Assembly (NCBI GenBank): GCA_965207885.1
Contig: OZ242311.1
Span: forward strand, 2,272,001 to 2,336,000
Reading direction: 5' to 3'
Length of the DNA stretch: 64,000 nt
From: Candidatus Latescibacterota bacterium
GTDB lineage: Bacteria > Latescibacterota > UBA2968
The notes below the pieces were generated by a model. That model saw only the letters and a program-made list of their open reading frames with translations. It had not been told where the DNA came from and did no database searches. Below, piece after piece: positions 58,242 to 64,000 of this stretch (its first letter is position 1; each line of letters begins with the position of its first letter). The position numbers and the translations under genes are program-made.

Positions 58242-61184
58242 CTACTGACCGGACAACGCAAGGTTGCCCACTATCTTCCGGAATCGGTTTGCTGCCTCCT
58301 GTATGGTCTTTTCGGTACCGCCGAACATGAGCCTCACATGGTCTCCGAACCCGTACGGTCCGCCGGGCTCGACAGCGACGCCGTATTCTGAAAGCAGCGC
58401 TTCGGCAAATTCCGCGCTGGGAAGGCCGAGTCCGCGTATGTTCAGAAATAGAAATGGCGCTCCTGCCGGGACGGCAAAGGAAATCCCCGGTGCCCGGTCC
58501 AGGCCCTCTATCATCAGGTCACGGTACTGCTGGTACCGCCTGGCAATCTCGTGCACCCAGTCCTGCGGTCCCTCCAATGCCGCCTGCGCTGCCCGCTGGG
58601 CGATATGGCTGCAGGTGAGCACATTCCACTCAAGCACCTTCCGGCAAGCAGCTATCAGGTCCGGGGGCCCGACAATATACCCCAACCGCCACGGCTGCAT
58701 CGCATAGCTCTTGGTAAAACTGCACAATGTCAGCAGCCGGTCCCGGATCTCTGGAATGGAGGCCGCCCTCAAGTGCTTTCGCCCGTCATAGACCATCTTG
58801 TCGTAGCACTCGTCAGAGAGAATCAAGAGATTGTGCCTGAGGGCCAGCTCCGCGGCCGCCTCGAGATCTCTCTTTGACGCCACATATCCTGTCGGATTTC
58901 CGGGCGAATTCAGGATCACCATGCGGGTCCTTGACGAACAGACCGCTTCCATGGCCTCGAGGTCCCAGCGCCAGTTCTGTTCCTGGTGAGTCGGCACGCA
59001 GACCGCGACGGCGCCGGCGAGGTGAAGCGGTCCGCCAAATTGAAATCCCGGACTGAACATCAGAACCTCGTCGCCCGGCGCGAGCAGCGCCAGAAACGCG
59101 GTGCTCATGGCATGCATGGCGCCGTGCGTGATCAGGATCTCCGTATCCGAGTCCGGTCGGATCCCGTCATCGGTTTCCCATCTTGCCGCGATGGCTTTCC
59201 GAAGTTCGGGGAAGCCGTTGGAAGGGGCCATTGCATTCTCGCCTATGGCCTGTTCGGCGGCGGCCAGGACATGTTCCGGCGGCGGCCAGGCGGGCGAACC
59301 CTTGAGCGACAGGACTTCGCTTCCCACGACATGGAACGAGGCGACGCGGTCCGCCATTTCCTTCGAGCTGACCCTGCCGGCCAGGGCCGCCCGACTCGGT
59401 ATCCTGGAAAGGTCTTCTGCAGAGAGATCCGCCGATGCCCTATTTTCATGTTCGCCTGCTACCAGCATCCTCTGCCGGGTCGTGGCTGTTGCCTCTTCAT
59501 CCATACTCAGTGTTAGGGGGTCGATCACCACACCATAAACTTCCCTGGCCTGCTCGAGGCTGACCTTATCATTCCGTGCATCTTCCAGGACCATTTGAGG
59601 ATTCCGTTCCACAGGCGTGCCCCAGCCGCCGCCGCCTGCCTGAAGATGGCGCAGGATCTCTCCTTTCCTTAACACGATCGCTTCGCTTGGAAGCACAGGA
59701 AGAAGTGATTGGTTCGGACCGGAATAGAGAGTATTGCAGGTTGGAGACCCGGAAAGGCCGCCCTGTAGCCCGTACGGCCGATGCGCCCGTCGGTCCGATC
59801 GCATGCTCAAAACGGCTTCCTCCGCGAGGATCCTGTATTCTCTCATGAGTGCCAACCCGCCCCGGTATTTTCCCGGTCCGCCGGAATCCATGACCAGGCC
59901 GTACTGCAATATCTCAATGGGGTGACGTGCTTCGATGAGTTCGACGGGCTGGTTAGATTGATTGGCGCCGGGATTGGGAACGCCTTCGGCACCGTCGCGA
60001 TCCGGCCGACCGCCTGAACAGCCGAGAACGGATTCTGTAAAGACAAATGGCTCGCCCTCGTGATAACCGCCAATCGAGGGAAACGTTGCGCCGCCCTCCC
60101 CTGCCGCCGGCACACGGTCCGGAACGGCCCCGGCCAGCGCGCCCAGAAGGGTGTCCAGCATCCGAAAGCCCGTAATCCCGCGGGTTGAGCAGGCGGCAGG
60201 CAGGACGGGGTTCATAATTGTACCCTCCGGTGCGAGAACCCGGATGGGCCGCATATAACCCTCATTGTTGGGGATATCACGCCCTCCCAGACATCGGAAA
60301 GCAAGGTAGGATGCTGAGAGAGTCATCGGGAAGGGCGCATTAATGCCGCCTTTCACCTGCGGCGCGCTCCCGCTCCAGTCCACGACTGCCTCCTCGCCGG
60401 CAATCGTGATGGTCACCTGAAACCGGATCGGTTCCGGTTCGCTGCCCAGACCGTCGATGAAATCCGTGAACTCATAGCTGCCGTCTGGGATGGCCTGAAT
60501 CTCTTCCCGCATCATGCGTTCGGCGAGTTCGAGAAGTTGGTTGAGATAATGCCCCAGCGAATCCGATCCATATTTCTCCAGAAGCTGCATATAGGCCTGT
60601 TCAGCCTGGCGGCAGGCAGCGAGCTGGGCGCGCATATCGCCCGCGACTTCCACAGGTACCCTGACATTTTTTTCAATAAATTTGAATACCGTATCATTGG
60701 GTGTTCCCCGGTCGTAAAGTTTGACGAGTGGAATGCGGAGACCTTCCTGGTAGATCTCGGTGGAGAACGACGTATTGCTCCCGGGTGCGATCCCGCCAAC
60801 GTCTGCATGGTGGACAAGGGCAACCGCAAAGCCCTCCAGTACGCCAGCAAAAAATATGGGCAGGGTGAGATAGATATCCGGCAGATGCATGCCGCCGGCA
60901 CCATAAGGGTCATTGGTAATAAACACGTCGTCCGGATGTATTCTGTCTTCATATGCCCGGGTGAGTTCTGCGATGGCCACGGGAAACGAGCCGAGATGCA
61001 GCGCGGTCGTGAGACCCTGGGCGATCATTCTGCCTTTTGCGTCAAACAGCGCGGTGGAATAGTCCATGGAATCTCGCACCACTGATGAATAGGCACTGCG
61101 CATCAGCACAAGCGCCATTGTATCAGCGATCATTTCCAGGGCGTTGCGAATGACTTCAAGAGTTACAGGGTCTGTCTTGTTCAT
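58242..61184 (-). CDS. Hydantoinase B/oxoprolinase subunit fused to a class I/II PLP aminotransferase (pair 3)
   Basis: N-terminal ~575 aa with NDPY-GGMHLPD, HHADVGG and GGGGWG-P; C-terminal ~385 aa with NSPGNPTG, SDECY and SFTKSYAM--WRLG; one uninterrupted frame. Confidence 0.88.
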   Translation of the reverse strand: MNKTDPVTLEVIRNALEMIADTMALVLMRSAYSSVVRDSMDYSTALFDAKGRMIAQGLTTALHLGSFPVAIAELTRAYEDRIHPDDVFITNDPYGAGGMHLPDIYLTLPIFFAGVLEGFAVALVHHADVGGIAPGSNTSFSTEIYQEGLRIPLVKLYDRGTPNDTVFKFIEKNVRVPVEVAGDMRAQLAACRQAEQAYMQLLEKYGSDSLGHYLNQLLELAERMMREEIQAIPDGSYEFTDFIDGLGSEPEPIRFQVTITIAGEEAVVDWSGSAPQVKGGINAPFPMTLSASYLAFRCLGGRDIPNNEGYMRPIRVLAPEGTIMNPVLPAACSTRGITGFRMLDTLLGALAGAVPDRVPAAGEGGATFPSIGGYHEGEPFVFTESVLGCSGGRPDRDGAEGVPNPGANQSNQPVELIEARHPIEILQYGLVMDSGGPGKYRGGLALMREYRILAEEAVLSMRSDRRAHRPYGLQGGLSGSPTCNTLYSGPNQSLLPVLPSEAIVLRKGEILRHLQAGGGGWGTPVERNPQMVLEDARNDKVSLEQAREVYGVVIDPLTLSMDEEATATTRQRMLVAGEHENRASADLSAEDLSRIPSRAALAGRVSSKEMADRVASFHVVGSEVLSLKGSPAWPPPEHVLAAAEQAIGENAMAPSNGFPELRKAIAARWETDDGIRPDSDTEILITHGAMHAMSTAFLALLAPGDEVLMFSPGFQFGGPLHLAGAVAVCVPTHQEQNWRWDLEAMEAVCSSRTRMVILNSPGNPTGYVASKRDLEAAAELALRHNLLILSDECYDKMVYDGRKHLRAASIPEIRDRLLTLCSFTKSYAMQPWRLGYIVGPPDLIAACRKVLEWNVLTCSHIAQRAAQAALEGPQDWVHEIARRYQQYRDLMIEGLDRAPGISFAVPAGAPFLFLNIRGLGLPSAEFAEALLSEYGVAVEPGGPYGFGDHVRLMFGGTEKTIQEAANRFRKIVGNLALSGQ

Positions 61185-61205
61185 GTCCACTCTCTCACAC
61201 CGTGG

Positions 61206-63314
61206 TCAGGCATGTCGAAGAATGATGTTCTGGAAGCCGTCCAAAGATGCCTGCCAACCTGGCGGCACGACGGTGGTTGAGTCCAATTCTTCGATGATCA
61301 AAGGTCCTCCAGTGGGCGCAGCGCAGAGGGATTGCCGTGAACAAACCACGGTTTTCAGGTCATCGCCGGCCGGCCCGAAAAAGGTTCTTCTGCAGCCGTT
61401 TTTTACGACGTTCTCTTCCCGGTGATCCGCACGGAACAGGTCCCGGGTCTCATCCACTCCGAACTCCCGAATGACGCTCGAGACAATCCTGAGGTTGACC
61501 AGTTCGATGGGGTCATGGTTTGCCCGGTGGCCGTAGGTCGTGAGGTGCTCCTGCTCGAATGCCTCCGCCAATGTCGTTAGTTCCCCGGGTCCAAGCGGAA
61601 CGCCGGGTGCAGGCACGGTCAGCTCGGTGGTCTGGTTGACATAGCGCAAATCGGCAAGCCGCCGTACTCGAATCTGTTCGGGGCGATATCCTTCGGCAAC
61701 GAGCGTCTCCACCGCCTGCGACTCGAGTTCGCTATAGAGCCGGTTCAAGTCTTCGGGCCTGACCTCTTCCAGTCTGCGACACCAGGTTCGGACGGATTCA
61801 TGCTCGGGTTCGGACACAAGCAGCCCGAAGGCACTGAACAGGCCGGGATGCGGCGGAATAATCACCTCTCGCATGCCCAGGGCCTGTGCAAGGGTTGTGG
61901 CTACGAGGGGCCCGCACCCTCCGAACGCCAGCAGGGCGGCCTCACGCGGATCTCTTCCGCGATACGTAGAGACGGACTTCACGGCCCGGATCATGGTCGC
62001 ACAGGCCAGTGTAAAAGCCCCAAAGGCGGCCTTCATCAGGCATTGTTGCATCGGTCTGGCCACTTTCTCCTCGAATATCCTCCTCGCTTGATCTGTCTCC
62101 AGTTTCATCTTCCCGCAAAGCAGAGCATCGGGACTGAGATAGCCAAGAAGGACGGCGGCGTCCGTGAAGGTCGGCTCATCGCCTCCAAGCCCGTAGCAGA
62201 CGGGTCCGGGGTCAGCGCCGGCACTTTCCGGCCCGACCCGGAGCCGGCCGTGCCGGTCAACCGAAACGATACTCCCGCCGCCGGCTCCGATCTCCGCGAT
62301 ATCGATGACCGGCAGCTTGAGCGCATATCCTGCGCCTTTGACCAGGCGGCTGCTCAGGTTGATACCGGCACCGACTTCATATTCGGAAGTCCGGGCAACG
62401 GTTCCGTTCTCAACTATGGCGGTTTTGGCGGTTGTGCCGCCCATGTCCAGGGTAATCACGTTTGTGTAGCCTGCTTTGCCGGCCATCCAGGCTGCGGCCA
62501 TCACCCCGGCCGCGGGTCCGGATTCAATCAGGTGGGCGGGCTTCTTCTGCGCCGAGTCGGCTGTCATCACTCCGCCCCCTGAATGCAGAACCTCCAGCGG
62601 CGCGCGAATGCCCATTGACTGGAGTTGTTCGCTCAGGGAATTCAGATATCGCTGCACGACCGGCCCGAGGTAGGCATTAATCACTGTCGTGCTCGTACGC
62701 TCATATTCGCGGATTTCAGGAAGGACCTCGCAGGAGGCGGTGACAAATATATCGGGAAGCGACTCCCGGGCCGCGGCGACCGCCCGGAGTTCGTGCTCCG
62801 GGTTGGCGTAGGAATGGAGCAGACAGATCGCCAGTGCTTCGATCTCCTGCTGCTGCACGGTGTTCAGGACATTTTCCAGGGACACCTGCTGGAGAGGTTC
62901 CCGCACCCCGCCGCGAGAATCCATTCGTTCATCCAATTCGAATCGCAGGCGGCGTGGAACAAGAGGACTGGGCGGGCTGTAAAAAAGGTTGTAAAGCTCG
63001 GGGATCCGAATCCGTCGCATCTCGAGAACGTCTCGGAATCCCTTTGTCGTGATCAGGGCCGTCCGGGCTCCCTTGCCTTCCAGGATCGCATTTGTGGCAA
63101 CAGTCGTGGCATGTGCGATTCTCTCAATGGAAACCTCTGAAATCCGGCGATCTTCAATCAATCCGCGAAGCCCCTGAATGATACCCCGGGCGTAGTCCTC
63201 CGGCGTGGAAAGGACCTTCCGGACAGCGAGCGAACCGTCACTGCCCAAGACAGCAATGTCGGTAAATGTTCCGCCGATATCGATGCCGATATGAGATGAT
63301 GGCGGTGATATCAT
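61206..63314 (-). CDS. Hydantoinase A/oxoprolinase-family subunit (pair 3)
   Basis: DIGGTFTD, HATT, ESGPAAG, DMGGTTAK and IGAGGGS. Confidence 0.92.
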   Translation of the reverse strand: MISPPSSHIGIDIGGTFTDIAVLGSDGSLAVRKVLSTPEDYARGIIQGLRGLIEDRRISEVSIERIAHATTVATNAILEGKGARTALITTKGFRDVLEMRRIRIPELYNLFYSPPSPLVPRRLRFELDERMDSRGGVREPLQQVSLENVLNTVQQQEIEALAICLLHSYANPEHELRAVAAARESLPDIFVTASCEVLPEIREYERTSTTVINAYLGPVVQRYLNSLSEQLQSMGIRAPLEVLHSGGGVMTADSAQKKPAHLIESGPAAGVMAAAWMAGKAGYTNVITLDMGGTTAKTAIVENGTVARTSEYEVGAGINLSSRLVKGAGYALKLPVIDIAEIGAGGGSIVSVDRHGRLRVGPESAGADPGPVCYGLGGDEPTFTDAAVLLGYLSPDALLCGKMKLETDQARRIFEEKVARPMQQCLMKAAFGAFTLACATMIRAVKSVSTYRGRDPREAALLAFGGCGPLVATTLAQALGMREVIIPPHPGLFSAFGLLVSEPEHESVRTWCRRLEEVRPEDLNRLYSELESQAVETLVAEGYRPEQIRVRRLADLRYVNQTTELTVPAPGVPLGPGELTTLAEAFEQEHLTTYGHRANHDPIELVNLRIVSSVIREFGVDETRDLFRADHREENVVKNGCRRTFFGPAGDDLKTVVCSRQSLCAAPTGGPLIIEELDSTTVVPPGWQASLDGFQNIILRHA

Positions 63315-63430
63315 TTTCAGCCTCCTGATTCGGGCTCAGCTATCTTGATAGAGCGGCGGTGGCGGCAGACTTCCCGAGATAAGACGATCGGACTGAACGT
63401 TCAGCCGGTCCTTCATCCTCGAGACCGTCT

Positions 63431-64000
63431 TCACCACCTGATGGACACGGGCGTCAGCAGCCCGGCGGCCTGGCGTTCCCGTCGGGCCGTCGCGGCTTTC
63501 CCTTTCAGGAAGAGCTCAGGCTGGTTCAAACCCAATAGGTTCGTCGCGCAACTCGTGACCTCCAACTCGATCTCGTTCGGCCCCGGCAACACGAGATCGG
63601 TAAGGTCGAACGTGTAGGGGCGCCAGAGGCGCGGTGCGAGACGATGCCCGTTGACAATCAGTGCTGCCACTGCGGCGACCTCCTCTGCATGAGCCCAGAC
63701 GCGGCCCCCCAGTGGCGGCAACTCGCATCGCCAGCGGTACCGGGCCGTGCCTGTGTAGTTTGGAAAGCCCGCCTCAGCCCATGACCCGGGGCCGAGACGC
63801 CCTCGTGTCTTGACCAGGCACCCGTCGTCCACGCAGAAATCGCCGCGGATCGCTGTGAGTGGCGGCGTGTGAGGCCCATCCCATCCGGGTGTGCGGCTCC
63901 GGAACGTGACCACATTCTCGCCCGGCACGACCAGAGCACGGATGTCTGCCCGCAGGTTGCGCCAATCCCAGATCCGCGCCCGCTCGAAGCCGGTGAGCGG
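63431..64000 (-). CDS. C-terminal beta-sandwich part of a large glycoside-hydrolase-like protein (GH2/GH106-like); 5' end outside the window
   Basis: Frame is open to the window edge; G-W...G-P-Y-G...VNG...W-PY-FDLT...G-N-IE-EV...GLL-PV pattern. Confidence 0.65.
   Translation of the reverse strand, partial: PLTGFERARIWDWRNLRADIRALVVPGENVVTFRSRTPGWDGPHTPPLTAIRGDFCVDDGCLVKTRGRLGPGSWAEAGFPNYTGTARYRWRCELPPLGGRVWAHAEEVAAVAALIVNGHRLAPRLWRPYTFDLTDLVLPGPNEIELEVTSCATNLLGLNQPELFLKGKAATARRERQAAGLLTPVSIRW

Noticed and set aside
1-64000. CRISPR arrays, rRNA, tRNA, integrase or prophage genes
   Set aside because: No regularly spaced repeats, RNA gene signatures or phage genes were seen by eye; the intergenic spaces are short.

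Overview
Bacterial chromosomal window with three parts. (1) 1-12.5 kb: a complete alternative complex III (actABCDEF, an actG-like gene) plus SCO and a type A2 caa3 cytochrome c oxidase, all on the minus strand. (2) 12.6-20 kb: miscellaneous genes, including a desaturase, a repeat protein frameshifted by an 11-bp duplication that hides a dockerin/EF-hand-like tail, a propeller hydrolase, a DgoD-like dehydratase, a CPBP protease and an Ldh_2 dehydrogenase. (3) 20-64 kb: a large uptake and catabolic region. It contains a tandem-AAA+ sigma54 activator, a candidate enhancer and a consensus -24/-12 promoter, an orphan receiver, an outer-membrane barrel, a TonB-dependent receptor with no SusD partner, a secreted protein with a T9SS-like C-terminal domain, a PorV/PorQ-like barrel, two DUF6785/6784-type membrane proteins and many C-N hydrolases (three hydantoinase/oxoprolinase A/B pairs, three ceramidase-like proteins, MlrC, CocE, PHP, sulfatase). 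One hydantoinase B is fused to a class I/II aminotransferase. Three clean IS insertions with intact target-site duplications hit the activator, the enhancer-promoter spacer and the receptor. Gene content suggests an FCB-group organism such as Latescibacterota or Gemmatimonadota (inference only). All product calls come from motif recognition by eye, not database searches.
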